Source: Chamaesiphon sp. (GTDB lineage Bacteria > Cyanobacteriota > Cyanobacteriia > Cyanobacteriales > Chamaesiphonaceae). Taken from it: DNA of 64,000 nt. The translations under genes and the position numbers were made by a program. Each line of letters starts with the position of its first letter. The first letter of the stretch is position 1. Below, piece after piece: positions 10,340-20,354 of the stretch. Where the stretch lies: NCBI GenBank assembly GCA_965246715.1, contig CBDFFH010000046.1, forward strand, positions 1 through 64,000, given 5' to 3'. The notes beneath the pieces were generated by a model. The model had not been told where the DNA came from. It did not search any database and was given only the letters and a program-made list of their open reading frames with translations.

Positions 10340-10822
10340 ATGTCAACTCTCAAAAAACCAGATCTCTCCGATCCTTCGCTTAGAGCTAAACTAGCTCAAG
10401 GTATGGGTCACAACTATTACGGCGAACCCGCTTGGCCCAACGATCTCCTCTACATCTTCCCTGTAGTAATCTTTGGCACGATCGGTTGTTGTACGGCGTT
10501 AGCTATCCTCGATCCCGCACTGGTTGGCGAACCTGCCAATCCCTTTGCAACCCCACTAGAAATCTTACCTGAATGGTACCTGTGGCCTGTATTCCAACTC
10601 TTGCGCGTGTTACCTAACAAACTGTTAGGCATCGCTTGCATGGCTGGCGTACCATTAGGTTTACTAGTTGTACCTTTCTTGGAAAGCGTCAACAAATTCC
10701 AAAACCCCTTCCGTCGCCCTGTGGCAATGGCAGTATTCTTATTTGGAACAGTCTTCACCATCTACTTAGGTATCGGTGCGACTTTACCGATCGATACGTC
10801 TTTGACTTTGGGTTTATTCTAA
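10340..10822 (+). CDS. petD: cytochrome b6f subunit IV
   Basis: [30 protein letters not shown]. Confidence 0.99.
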   Translation: MSTLKKPDLSDPSLRAKLAQGMGHNYYGEPAWPNDLLYIFPVVIFGTIGCCTALAILDPALVGEPANPFATPLEILPEWYLWPVFQLLRVLPNKLLGIACMAGVPLGLLVVPFLESVNKFQNPFRRPVAMAVFLFGTVFTIYLGIGATLPIDTSLTLGLF

Positions 10823-10847
10823 ATTAATTCTCAACTTCTAAAGAGCG

Positions 10848-10882
10848 AAAAGCCTATCTAGTTATTGCTAGATAGGCTTTTT
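10848..10882 (+). terminator. intrinsic terminator after petD
   Basis: AAAAGCCTATCTAG-loop-CTAGATAGGCTTTTT. Confidence 0.8.
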
Positions 10883-11049
10883 CAGAGATAAGCTATGAGT
10901 CGCGATCGATCGAACTAAAATATCGATTGATAACATATTTGTTTCGCTCGATATTGATGCTGTGGGCATTGCCCACCCTACAAATTAGAACTATGCTGTC
11001 TTGTTGCGATCCAAATTGATGCTGTGGGCAATGCCCACCCTACTGGCTT

Positions 11050-11140
11050 GACCAGACTAAAAATGTGGGTAAAGCGATCGCTCAAAATATTACCGATCGT
11101 ATTTTTCAGAGTTTTGAATGCCCTCAATTTTAGTCTGGTC
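11050..11140. mobile_element. 91-bp MITE-like element
   Basis: 15/16-bp terminal inverted repeat GACCAGACTAAAA(A/T)TG. Confidence 0.65.
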
Positions 11141-11159
11141 GTCCCACTACAAATTAGAA

Positions 11160-11519
11160 CTAAGTAATTTTCAAATAGCCTGACATATCTCTAAATACTC
11201 TAAGTAATCCTTCGAGTAATTTCTCATATGATTCATCCGCAATATCAAGATTGATATGAAAACCATTAACATTTCCCAGATTACCAAGTTGACGAGACAA
11301 GACTACTTCAATATTTGTACGACTAAGGTGACAGTAGCGAACACATTCATAATCACCATTCTGCTGTTCGCCAAATTGAATATATAAACCAGCGTCCTCA
11401 AAGTTTTGCTCTGAATCTCGTTGAAATGACAAACTGCTTTCCATTCCTTCCAGACTAACGATGAGAGCATATTCATCATACTCAAAGTCAGCGTTAACTG
11501 CTGTAAATGATATATTCAT
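11160..11519 (-). CDS. acidic protein resembling Imm10-family immunity proteins
   Basis: 119 aa from ATG 11519; F.A...E..E..L.V, LSFQR, GLYIQFGEQQNGDY pattern; AT-rich. Confidence 0.55.
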   Translation of the reverse strand: MNISFTAVNADFEYDEYALIVSLEGMESSLSFQRDSEQNFEDAGLYIQFGEQQNGDYECVRYCHLSRTNIEVVLSRQLGNLGNVNGFHINLDIADESYEKLLEGLLRVFRDMSGYLKIT

Positions 11520-11675
11520 GTTACTGTCAATAAAAATTTGTAGGGTGGGCAATGCCCACGGCATCAGTTTCGAGTAATACTATTCGATCGATTAACAATG
11601 TACTAGATTTGTCCTGTATTCTATATTTACTTCCACTATAGTTATTACTAATATTACTATAATTCAGGCATAACA

Positions 11676-12701
11676 ATGAACGAGCTTAATAATTACGATC
11701 CTAGCGATGTCGGTCGTGTCAACGGTAATTTATTCGGTCTACCATTTGATTATAAATCCGCAGGGACGATAATATTTGGCGTACCTTGGGAGGTAACAGT
11801 TTCCTATAATCCAGGTACTGCATTCGCACCCCAACAGATTCTCAATGCTTCGCCACAATTAGATCTATATGATTTCGATAATCCTCAAGGCTGGCAACAG
11901 GGTATCTATATGCCCCCGATCGATCTAGATTTATTAGCAAAAAATAATTACTATCGCCAACAAGCAGCCTTAATTATCGATCGATTAGAAAGCGGTGAAT
12001 CGCTCGATCTAACACCAGATTTAAATCTAGTACTTGCAAAAGTGAATCAAGCTTGTCAGGATGTCAATAAATGGTTATTCGATAATTGTCAACAAGCGAT
12101 CTCGGATGGTAAAAATGTCGGTGTTATTGGGGGCGATCACAGCGTGCCATTGGGGTATCTCCAGTCTTTAGCCCAGCATCATGACGACTTTGGAATTTTA
12201 CATCTCGACGCACATTCAGACTTACGCGATGCGTATGAAGGGTTTGAATTTTCTCATGCGTCGATTATGTTTAACGCTCTAAAAATCCCGCAGATTTCTA
12301 AACTAGTGCAGGTAGGAATTCGAGATGTTTCATTTGTCGAAATCGAGACAGTCGATCGCTCAGACAATCGGGCGATCGTCTACTATGATGCCCATATCAA
12401 ACAACAAATGTATCAGGGTAGAACTTGGGAGAGTATTTATCAAGAAGCGATTGCTCATTTACCTCAGAAAGTCTATATCAGCTTCGATGCCGATGGCTTA
12501 GACCCAAAACTATGTCCGAGTACCGGAACTCCCGTTCCAGGTGGTTTGGAGCTAGAGCAAGCTTTTTGTTTGTGTCGCGAGATTGTTAATAGCGGACGCA
12601 AAATTATTGGATTCGATTTGTGTGAAGTGGGTAATGCTGAGTGGGATGGCAACGTTGGCGCGCGGATCGTGTATAAGTTAGTAAATTTGATGAATCTGTA
12701 A
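11676..12701 (+). CDS. speB: agmatinase / ureohydrolase
   Basis: GGDHS, HLDAHSDLR, SFDADGLDP..CPSTGTPVPGG. Confidence 0.88.
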   Translation: MNELNNYDPSDVGRVNGNLFGLPFDYKSAGTIIFGVPWEVTVSYNPGTAFAPQQILNASPQLDLYDFDNPQGWQQGIYMPPIDLDLLAKNNYYRQQAALIIDRLESGESLDLTPDLNLVLAKVNQACQDVNKWLFDNCQQAISDGKNVGVIGGDHSVPLGYLQSLAQHHDDFGILHLDAHSDLRDAYEGFEFSHASIMFNALKIPQISKLVQVGIRDVSFVEIETVDRSDNRAIVYYDAHIKQQMYQGRTWESIYQEAIAHLPQKVYISFDADGLDPKLCPSTGTPVPGGLELEQAFCLCREIVNSGRKIIGFDLCEVGNAEWDGNVGARIVYKLVNLMNL

Positions 12702-12806
12702 CAAATTGTATTTATCTAGGTTAGGTATTGGTTTGCATCTATTTTAACATCGTCACCCAATCTAATTTTAGCTCATCCAATCTTCAAATGGTAAAGGTGC
12801 GGCAAC

Positions 12807-12890
12807 GTAGGGGGTGTTATCCCGCAGGGTAACGCACCACCATCTCCAATATTAGAGAGGTGCGTCATGCTTCGCAGTGACACACCCTAC
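12807..12890. repeat. REP doublet (GTAG...CTAC)
   Basis: GTAGGGGGTGTTATC..GTAACGCACC facing GGTGCGTCA..TGACACACCCTAC. Confidence 0.55.
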
Positions 12891-12944
12891 AATGGTATTT
12901 GTTCGATCGATCGAGAGTGCTGAGAGGATTAAAGTTGCGATCGA

Positions 12945-13697
12945 TTATTGAAGATCAGGCTCGTCGCTGGTTTGAGATTTGAGTTTCTTTCTTAGTCGCA
13001 ATGCTGCCATGCAACCGACGAGAGTACCGATAATTGTGAAAGGTTCTGGTACTGTTGTTGCCGATCCAGTAGTAAATGCTACCTCACGAATTTCCATGCG
13101 GCTAACAACACCGGGATTAGTATTTAGCACTACAAGGTCTACTCTTCTAACGCCAGGGATAACCTGATTAAACACATATTCGGATGGAGCAACTTGTTCT
13201 ATTGAACCTGTGAAGCTAGTCGAGAAGCCTGGTAAGATTTGTGAATTCGAGCTGTTGAAAAAATCTAGCCGAAAATCTTTAATCCCTTCTCGCGAAACAT
13301 TGATATCGTTCCACAGAATAAAACTTCTTAAATCGAAGTCGTTTGCAAAACTAAGGGTAATAGTACCAGTTGAACCAGTGCCTATGGCTGCTGCAAATCC
13401 ATTAAAAGGAGAAGCATCTGAAGTAATTCCGTCAGCAATCTGATTGAGTGGAAAACTTGGATCGGCTGCAACACTGGTACTAGGCGTGATTTGGCTGCCG
13501 CTGATGGTAGCGGACAGAGCATAGTTTTGTTCCAGAGTAGCCAAAATTGTGGTTGTGGTAGCTGCTGCGATCGCCATAGAAGTTAATAACCGTGATAACT
13601 GCCGACGCAGTTTAGATGCACTCTTGACTGATGCTGGTATCTGTGAGATCGACAGCCCAACCGCAGCAAATCCAATTGCTATACTTTTTGAGTTCAT
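12945..13697 (-). CDS. PEP-CTERM sorting-domain protein with a beta-rich (discoidin-like) body
   Basis: C-terminal VPEPFTIIGTLVGCMAALRLRKK; start codon uncertain. Confidence 0.85.
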   Translation of the reverse strand: MNSKSIAIGFAAVGLSISQIPASVKSASKLRRQLSRLLTSMAIAAATTTTILATLEQNYALSATISGSQITPSTSVAADPSFPLNQIADGITSDASPFNGFAAAIGTGSTGTITLSFANDFDLRSFILWNDINVSREGIKDFRLDFFNSSNSQILPGFSTSFTGSIEQVAPSEYVFNQVIPGVRRVDLVVLNTNPGVVSRMEIREVAFTTGSATTVPEPFTIIGTLVGCMAALRLRKKLKSQTSDEPDLQ

Positions 13698-13764
13698 TTT
13701 TATATCCTTTTCTTGGGGGATTGCGGGGGAGGAATTGAGAGGAGATCGATAAAAATAAAATCTC

Positions 13765-14623
13765 GGCGTTGCTGGAGCGGGGTATGATTTACCGATCGAG
13801 TGATATTTTCATCGATTGACGATCGCGATTACCTCCGGTAGGCTCCGCCAACGATTGGATATGGAATGGGCAGTTCATTAAATTTCAGATAATGAAGGAG
13901 TAATCTAATTGAATGTTTCAGCATTTCCTTGGACTTAGAATAGCACAGTGTCTTTCTCTTTAAGCGAGTCAGATAATGTCTGAGCCTGGTGTTTTCACCT
14001 TCAACTCTAGTCATGTAAGTTTTACTGACAATTTGGTCGCCGTCTGGAATAAACATCGGGTAAACTGGCCACCCATCTGTTACATAAAAATAGCAGTTCC
14101 ATTTGCTTGCTACTTCATCCCATAATGGTTTAAATGTTTCAGAACTGTGGTCGCCTAATACCCATCCTAAAATTCCTACCTTGAAGTGGTCTACTACCGT
14201 CCAGAGCCAGATCTTGTTTTTTTTGACCCCACAAATGTTTCTAACTCATCTAACTCTCCAACTTCAGGTATTTGCTCTGGATTATAGTAATCTGGTAAGC
14301 GTGAGCCAACTTTTTTAACCCAATCCATTACCGTGGTGTTGTGTACTCCTTTTACTCGCTCAATTGCTCGAAAACCCATACCATTTACATCCATTGTGAG
14401 GCATTCTTGTTTGAACGAGCGATCGTACCCTCGTTCTGATTCATAGCAGTCGATAAATTGTCTTCGGCAGTCAACACAAAGATAATTCTGTTTACCTTTT
14501 TTATGCCCATTCTTATGTATATGGGTTGACTTACATTCAGGACATTCCATCATTCTTCCTCCTCTATTTGCTGATGGTTTCTACTATCGATCGCTTTTAA
14601 TCATACCCCAATCCAGCAACGCC
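13765..14623 (-). mobile_element. complete IS1-family insertion sequence (859 bp)
   Basis: 23/25-bp TIR GGCGTTGCTGGA(GC/TT)GGGGTATGATT; 8-bp target duplication AAAATCTC at 13757-13764 and 14624-14631. Confidence 0.93.
13829..14553 (-). CDS. IS1 transposase InsAB made by programmed -1 frameshift
   Basis: InsA zinc finger CPEC..C..C plus HTH; A8C slippery run at 14216-14224; the -1 frame stays open (KNKIWLWTVVDH...VTDGWPVY...RVEGENTRLRHYL) to 13829. Confidence 0.9.
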
Positions 14624-14638
14624 AAAATCTCTATATGT

Positions 14639-15046
14639 ATGTTACCCAGCGAGACCGATATGCTAGCAGGAAGGTCTCAGATCCGTAAAGGTCGCCCGAT
14701 AACTTTACCTAATGGCTCAGAACCACAGCCAGATCTCGCAATCGTCCAACCGTTGGATACCGTCTATCTCGAACATCATCCCTATCCCGAAAACATATTT
14801 CTCGCGATCGAATATTCCTACAGCACCCTTAGCTACGATTTAGGCGATAAACAGATTGCCCATGCAGAATCGGGCATCCCAGAATATTGGGTTGTCGATC
14901 TCCAAGATTTGGAAATTATTATTTTTCGCGATCCTGCACCATTAGGTTATCGCAGTATAACAAAGCTCACCGATGGTCGAATTTCACCCTTAGCGTTCCC
15001 AGATTTAGCGATCGATGTGCAACAATTTTTTCAGGTTAATCTATAG
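14639..15046 (+). pseudogene. Uma2-family (PD-(D/E)XK) endonuclease, N-terminally truncated
   Basis: SEPQPDLAIV, AIEYS.STL.YD..DK, GIPEYWVVDL; the usual N-terminal part is absent. Confidence 0.75.
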
Positions 15047-15566
15047 AACCCGAGACATCGCTGTTACTTTCTGACTTTAAACTTGGAATAATCTCCCTGC
15101 CAGTCAGATTTAGGATTGATAGTAAATAATAACATTTCTATTAATCCCCAAGTTATACTTTTACGCAACATATTACGTCTTTGCGCCAATCTTTTCCTAC
15201 ATTGGATATCAAAATAACTCTCTACACTTACATCTTCGAGCGATGCTAAATTTAAGTCATAGCAAGCTCGTTCCCGCCATTCTAGTAGAGATCGAAATAG
15301 CAGTTCGGCATTAACATGTTCGATTCGCTGGGATAAATTGCGTGGTGCTCTGAGAAATGCGTATGAAATGGCAGATGGCTTGCTGGTATACGCCAGATTC
15401 GATACTGCTAGTGACCACTGCTGCTCCAATTGGCAAGAAACACTACAAAACATTGGCAAGCTGCTAACTTTACCAACTTCTGCAAAACAGAATTTTTGAG
15501 GGTGCGAGAATAGTCTTGCCATACCCTGACTAGAGGAAATAGTATAGTCGGTCAGATGGATAAACC

Positions 15567-15819
15567 CAGAAGTGTTGAATATTAGAACACACACATCCTA
15601 AAAATGGGTACTTGATCCATTACAAAGCTCAACCAGCATGATACAAACTTGAAGGTGTCCAGCACTGGATAATCATCTTTGGGAAGGTCGCCCAAGAATT
15701 TATTGATTATGTTCGGAAAATTTGATAACATGCTAACTAGTTTTTTGTTTTTAATCACCTCCATTTTATCTGAATGGGGGTCATTTTTTACCAGTTGTTA
15801 CTATCATTCAACACTTCTG
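15567..15819 (-). mobile_element. internally deleted IS4-family element (253 bp)
   Basis: Perfect TIR CAGAAGTGTTGAAT/ATTCAACACTTCTG enclosing the transposase start MLSNFPNIINKFLGDLPKDDYPVLDT..FVSCWL. Confidence 0.75.
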
Positions 15820-16009
15820 GTATTTTAGTAACGACTTCCAATAGTAAGATTAACGGCAATAAGAATAAAATTAATTCAACGATCGGTAGCGGCAATCCAA
15901 CTTTAACGGTAACAGCGTACACCCAACGAGAAATGAAGATGCCGATCGAGTTCCATGCAAAAAGCACAGAAATCGTCACGATCCATGTTATGAGCTTGGT
16001 TTTATTCAT
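15788..16009 (-). pseudogene. small two-TM membrane protein whose 3' end runs into the IS4 remnant
   Basis: Two hydrophobic segments; the last codons come from IS sequence. Confidence 0.45.
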
Positions 16010-16188
16010 CTTAATTTTTTAAATGGGAGCGGTACTCTATAAATTAGTTTTCCCAAAAATTTTTAATTATTGACGAGAATAGTTCATTGTCATAGTGCGT
16101 GGCTTTTGAAAATTTGGGGTGAATAGGGGATAGTAAATAAAGAAGGCGCGAACGCACTAGCCGTATTGGATCTTGAATCTACCCCTGT

Positions 16189-18621
16189 ATGACTGAAACA
16201 ATCACAAATCCAGCTCTGCTTAAAGAATCAGCTACAACTACCATCGTCCTTGACGTAGCCGGAATGAAATGCGCGGGTTGTGTCAGTGCGGTCGAAAAGC
16301 AACTTATCGCTCAAGCTGGCGTAAAATCTGCTTGTGTCAATCTTCTGACAGGCGTAGCCGCGATCGAAGCCGAAACCGAGACGATTAGTGCTGGAGATCT
16401 TGCCGATAAACTTACCGCCAGCGGTTTTCCCAGCCAACCCCGCACGGGAACGGGGAAGTCAAATCTAGATCGACAGGCAAAATACGCCCAAGAATCCAAG
16501 CAACTGTTGGGACAACTAGTTACGGCGGGAGTTTTACTCGTTTTATCGGCGATCGGACATTTTACCCAGCCTACTACTCATCTCCATCACGGTTACACTC
16601 CCCTCACTAACTTTTGGTGGCATTGGGGTTTGGCGACACTCGCGATCGTGTTTCCAGGTCGATCGATCTTGCTCGATGGTTGGCGCAGTCTGTGGCATGG
16701 CAATCCCAACATGAATACCCTCGTGGGTTTGGGAACGCTTTCTGCCTATACCGCCAGTGTCGTCGCCTTATTACTTCCCGAGCTAGGCTGGGAATGCTTT
16801 TTTGAAGAACCAGTGATGATTATCGGATTTATCATCTTGGGGCGTACGCTCGAACAACAAGCCAAACATCGCGCCGCAAACGCCTTCGATCGATTGCTCT
16901 CGCTGCAACCTGCGATCGCGAGATTGGTAAGTCCAGATCCCGATCGCCCTCAAGCCATCGAAATCCCTGTAGAACAGGTGAAAGTTGGCGAATATTTGCG
17001 AGTACTCCCTGGCGAAAAGATCCCGGCTGACGGCGCGATTCGCTGGGGTCAGACGACGATCGATGAGTCATTAGTTACTGGAGAATCTCTCCCAATCGTC
17101 AAACAGTCGGGCGATCTAGTCATTGCGGGCACTGTCAATCAATCCGGGGCGATCTCGATCGAAGTCACCCGCACGGGCGACGATACTACCCTCGCCCAAA
17201 TTATCGCCCTCGTCGAAGCCGCCCAAACCCGCAAGGCTCCAGTTCAAAAGTTAGCCGATACGGTGGCGGGATACTTTACCTATGGCGTATTGGCGATCGC
17301 GATTGTCACTTGTCTGTTCTGGTATTTTCTCGGGATCCACAATCCCAATTTAGATCCTGTCGCTTCAACGCTGACACCGCTGAAAGCCGCGATCGCAGTT
17401 ATGGTCGTCGCTTGTCCTTGTGCGCTAGGATTGGCTACGCCAACGGCGATCCTCGTGGGGACGGGCATCGGTGCCGATCGTGGGTTATTAATTAAGGGTG
17501 GCGATATCTTGGAAGCGGTGTATCAGTTGGATACGGTAGTATTTGATAAAACTGGAACGTTGACTGAGGGTAAGCCGCAAGTTACAGATATTTTTCCGCA
17601 CGGATCGATGTCAGCTGAGGAGTTATTACAATTAGCTGCGGCGGCGGAAAGTGTTACCAATCATCCGTTGGCTGTTGCAATCCAACAGGAGGCGGCGAGA
17701 TTGGGGTTAGCTTTGGCTGTCGTGCTCGATTCGCATACTGAGGCTGGGTTGGGAGTGTCTGCGGAGGTGATGGGATTTACGCGTAGATCCAACCCACCCC
17801 GCCCTGTCGGGCACCCCTCCTTGGAGGGGAGTAATAGCGTAGATAAAAATGATAACCAACAGATAACGAATAATACACAACTAGTTGTGGTTGGGAATCG
17901 ACGGTGGTTGAATACACAGGAAATCGAGATCGATCGGGAGTGGCAAATTAGTGCTGACAAATTAACAGCAACCGGAAAAACGGTGGTCTATGTCGCCATC
18001 AATAGTGTGATGATGGGGCTAATCGGAGTTACCGATCGATTGCGCGATGATGCGATCGAGACAGTCAAACGATTACAACAAATGAATTTACAGGTAGTTT
18101 TACTCACTGGCGATCGCAAACCAGTTGCCGATCTCATCGCTCAACAACTCGGCATCGTCGATGTCTATGCGGAAGTATTACCACAGGATAAAGCTAACAT
18201 CGTGCGATCTTTGCAAACAGATCGAGATGGGATTAATGTGGTTCGCAAGGTCGCGATGATTGGGGATGGAATTAATGACGCGCCTGCTTTAGCACAAGCA
18301 GATATTGGCATCGCTATGAATGCTGGTACGGATGTCGCGATCGAAGTAGCGGATATTATCTTGATGCGCGATCGATTGGCGGATGTTATTTACGCGATCG
18401 AGTTATCCAAGGCAACACTGACGAAGATTCGCCAAAATCTCTTTTGGGCGGTGATTTACAACTCGATCGGGATTCCGGCTGCGGCTGGAGTGCTGTACTG
18501 GTTTGGGTGGGGAACGATGCTGAGTCCATCAGCTGCTGGGGCGATGATGGCACTGAGTTCGGTGAGCGTGGTGACGAATTCACTTTTACTTCGACTGGGA
18601 ATCGGCAGTAAACTTAGCTGA
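16189..18621 (+). CDS. Cu(I)-transporting P1B-type ATPase (CtaA-like)
   Basis: GMKCAGC metal-binding domain, TGES, CPC, DKTGT, HP, GDGIND, YN and MALSS. Confidence 0.92.
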   Translation: MTETITNPALLKESATTTIVLDVAGMKCAGCVSAVEKQLIAQAGVKSACVNLLTGVAAIEAETETISAGDLADKLTASGFPSQPRTGTGKSNLDRQAKYAQESKQLLGQLVTAGVLLVLSAIGHFTQPTTHLHHGYTPLTNFWWHWGLATLAIVFPGRSILLDGWRSLWHGNPNMNTLVGLGTLSAYTASVVALLLPELGWECFFEEPVMIIGFIILGRTLEQQAKHRAANAFDRLLSLQPAIARLVSPDPDRPQAIEIPVEQVKVGEYLRVLPGEKIPADGAIRWGQTTIDESLVTGESLPIVKQSGDLVIAGTVNQSGAISIEVTRTGDDTTLAQIIALVEAAQTRKAPVQKLADTVAGYFTYGVLAIAIVTCLFWYFLGIHNPNLDPVASTLTPLKAAIAVMVVACPCALGLATPTAILVGTGIGADRGLLIKGGDILEAVYQLDTVVFDKTGTLTEGKPQVTDIFPHGSMSAEELLQLAAAAESVTNHPLAVAIQQEAARLGLALAVVLDSHTEAGLGVSAEVMGFTRRSNPPRPVGHPSLEGSNSVDKNDNQQITNNTQLVVVGNRRWLNTQEIEIDREWQISADKLTATGKTVVYVAINSVMMGLIGVTDRLRDDAIETVKRLQQMNLQVVLLTGDRKPVADLIAQQLGIVDVYAEVLPQDKANIVRSLQTDRDGINVVRKVAMIGDGINDAPALAQADIGIAMNAGTDVAIEVADIILMRDRLADVIYAIELSKATLTKIRQNLFWAVIYNSIGIPAAAGVLYWFGWGTMLSPSAAGAMMALSSVSVVTNSLLLRLGIGSKLS

Positions 18622-19462
18622 CTCTTGTCTGAGTGAGTGTAAATACCGAAATTTCGGGCCGACAATTAAACCGAGCATAAAGTTTAATCGTACCGATACC
18701 GCGATTGGTATATTGAATCATCTCGCCCACTTGATAACGCCCGATCGGATATTTTTGTGCCAATTCGGGCATGTATCCATCATAAAACGGAATCCGAATT
18801 TGTCCGCCGTGGGAGTGTCCTGATAGTTGTAGCCCAAATCGTCCGGTAGCGGCAGTTACATCGGCAAAATCTGGCTCGTGAGCGAGCACGATTGCGGCAC
18901 CTGTTGTGGGTAGTTGGGCGAGGACGAGATCGAGTTTATCTTCCTTGGCAAAGACATCGCCAACTCCAGCGATATTTAACGTCGCATCACCGCGTTTGAG
19001 GGTAAAGATCGTATTTTCTAGCAGTGTAACTTTTGCTGATTGTAATGCTTTGCGGATGGGTTCGGCATCATTGTAGACATCATGATTGCCTAAAACTGCT
19101 AATGTCCGATCTCGCGGTTGCAACTTCGCCAAAATATCTAATAGTTCTACATGTTGCCTGGGTTTGCGACTGACATGATCGCCGGTAATGACGACCAAAT
19201 CTGGCTTTTGCTCGTTGACAGCCGCCACGACTTTTTCTAGCTGCGATCGATCGATCTTATCGCCCACATGGAGATCGCTGATTTGCACGATCCGATATCC
19301 AGCAAATGCCCGATCTAGATGGGGTAACTCAATCTCGATCTGGCTGACTTCAAACCAATTGGGTTCGATTTTATGAATGTAGATGCTACCCGCAAATATT
19401 AATACACAACCGATCGTGAATATTTGCAGGAATTTAGCTAATCTAAATTTAGGTAGACGCAC
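18614..19462 (-). CDS. metallophosphoesterase (YkuE-like)
   Basis: SDLH, TGD, GNHD, AHEPD, SGHSHGGQ. Confidence 0.9.
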   Translation of the reverse strand: MRLPKFRLAKFLQIFTIGCVLIFAGSIYIHKIEPNWFEVSQIEIELPHLDRAFAGYRIVQISDLHVGDKIDRSQLEKVVAAVNEQKPDLVVITGDHVSRKPRQHVELLDILAKLQPRDRTLAVLGNHDVYNDAEPIRKALQSAKVTLLENTIFTLKRGDATLNIAGVGDVFAKEDKLDLVLAQLPTTGAAIVLAHEPDFADVTAATGRFGLQLSGHSHGGQIRIPFYDGYMPELAQKYPIGRYQVGEMIQYTNRGIGTIKLYARFNCRPEISVFTLTQTRVS

Positions 19463-19523
19463 GCTTTAAAAGATAAAAAGTAGGACAGCCAAATAATCGA
19501 AAGCTCGGGATCGAGTAGTGATG

Positions 19524-20237
19524 TTAATGAGTGGGTAGTAATACCCGAAATTTAGAACCGACACCAACTTGACTGACAACGGAGATCGAACCACCGCAAC
19601 GCGCTAAGATAGTTTGGACGATCGTCAATCCCAATCCCGCACCATTATTTTGTTCGTCTGTGGCATTCCGGACGCGGTAAAAACGATCGAAAATCTTGGA
19701 GATTTCAGTTGGGGCGATCCCAATCCCCGTATCTTTAAATTCTAATTGAACGTAATCACCTTGAAGGCTAGCCCGCACCAAAACTTGTCCGCCTTCAGGT
19801 GTATATTTGATGCCATTATGCAAGAGATCGATCGCGATTTGACGCAACCACATTTCGACACAATAAATAACTGGTAAGTTGTCTGGCACAGTATAACCCA
19901 ATCTAATCCCTTTTTCTTCTGCCAAGGGTTGATATGTACTTACGACACCAGGGATGACTTGAGATAACTGAATCGCTGCGATCCCCGCGCAATCGCGATC
20001 GCGTTCTAAAGCTATCAGTCTAGACGCACCGTTAATTAGCGAATTTTGGCGATCGCATTCGCGGCGAATTAGCTCTAAATATTTTTGCCGTTGTGGTTGT
20101 TTTAATAAGGGAGATTCTAATAACTTTAGCGCGGTTTTAATATTAGATAATGGCGTACACAACTCTTGCATGAGATGGGCGATCGATTCATCTTTGAAGT
20201 CGTCGAGGCTGAGTTGTCGCGGGGGCTGATTTTCCAT
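19524..20237 (-). CDS. histidine-kinase-like protein (HisKA + HATPase) with no sensor domain
   Basis: QELCTPL H-box, NGIKYT, DTGIGI, F-box, GAGLGL; likely start ATG 20237 (ORF open to 20330). Confidence 0.8.
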   Translation of the reverse strand: MENQPPRQLSLDDFKDESIAHLMQELCTPLSNIKTALKLLESPLLKQPQRQKYLELIRRECDRQNSLINGASRLIALERDRDCAGIAAIQLSQVIPGVVSTYQPLAEEKGIRLGYTVPDNLPVIYCVEMWLRQIAIDLLHNGIKYTPEGGQVLVRASLQGDYVQLEFKDTGIGIAPTEISKIFDRFYRVRNATDEQNNGAGLGLTIVQTILARCGGSISVVSQVGVGSKFRVLLPTH

Positions 20238-20354
20238 CAAGGATAGGTAATAGAGGATAAGAGTCGGGGAGAGGGGGATAGTTGCAGCGTAGATCTGAGG
20301 GTACCCTGGAGCTACTAGATTCCGATTCATATCCCTGATACTCTCGCTCCAAAT

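Larger units (their letters stand above)
10955..11566. repeat. cluster of REP-like GTAGGGTGGGCA(A/T)TGCCCAC repeats
   Basis: Copies at 10955-10992, 11017-11043, partial 11143-11161 and inverted 11535-11566. Confidence 0.8.

Noticed and set aside
15064..15594. 176-aa ORF as a real gene
   Set aside because: It starts inside the IS4 remnant, has no recognisable motif and is probably chimeric.
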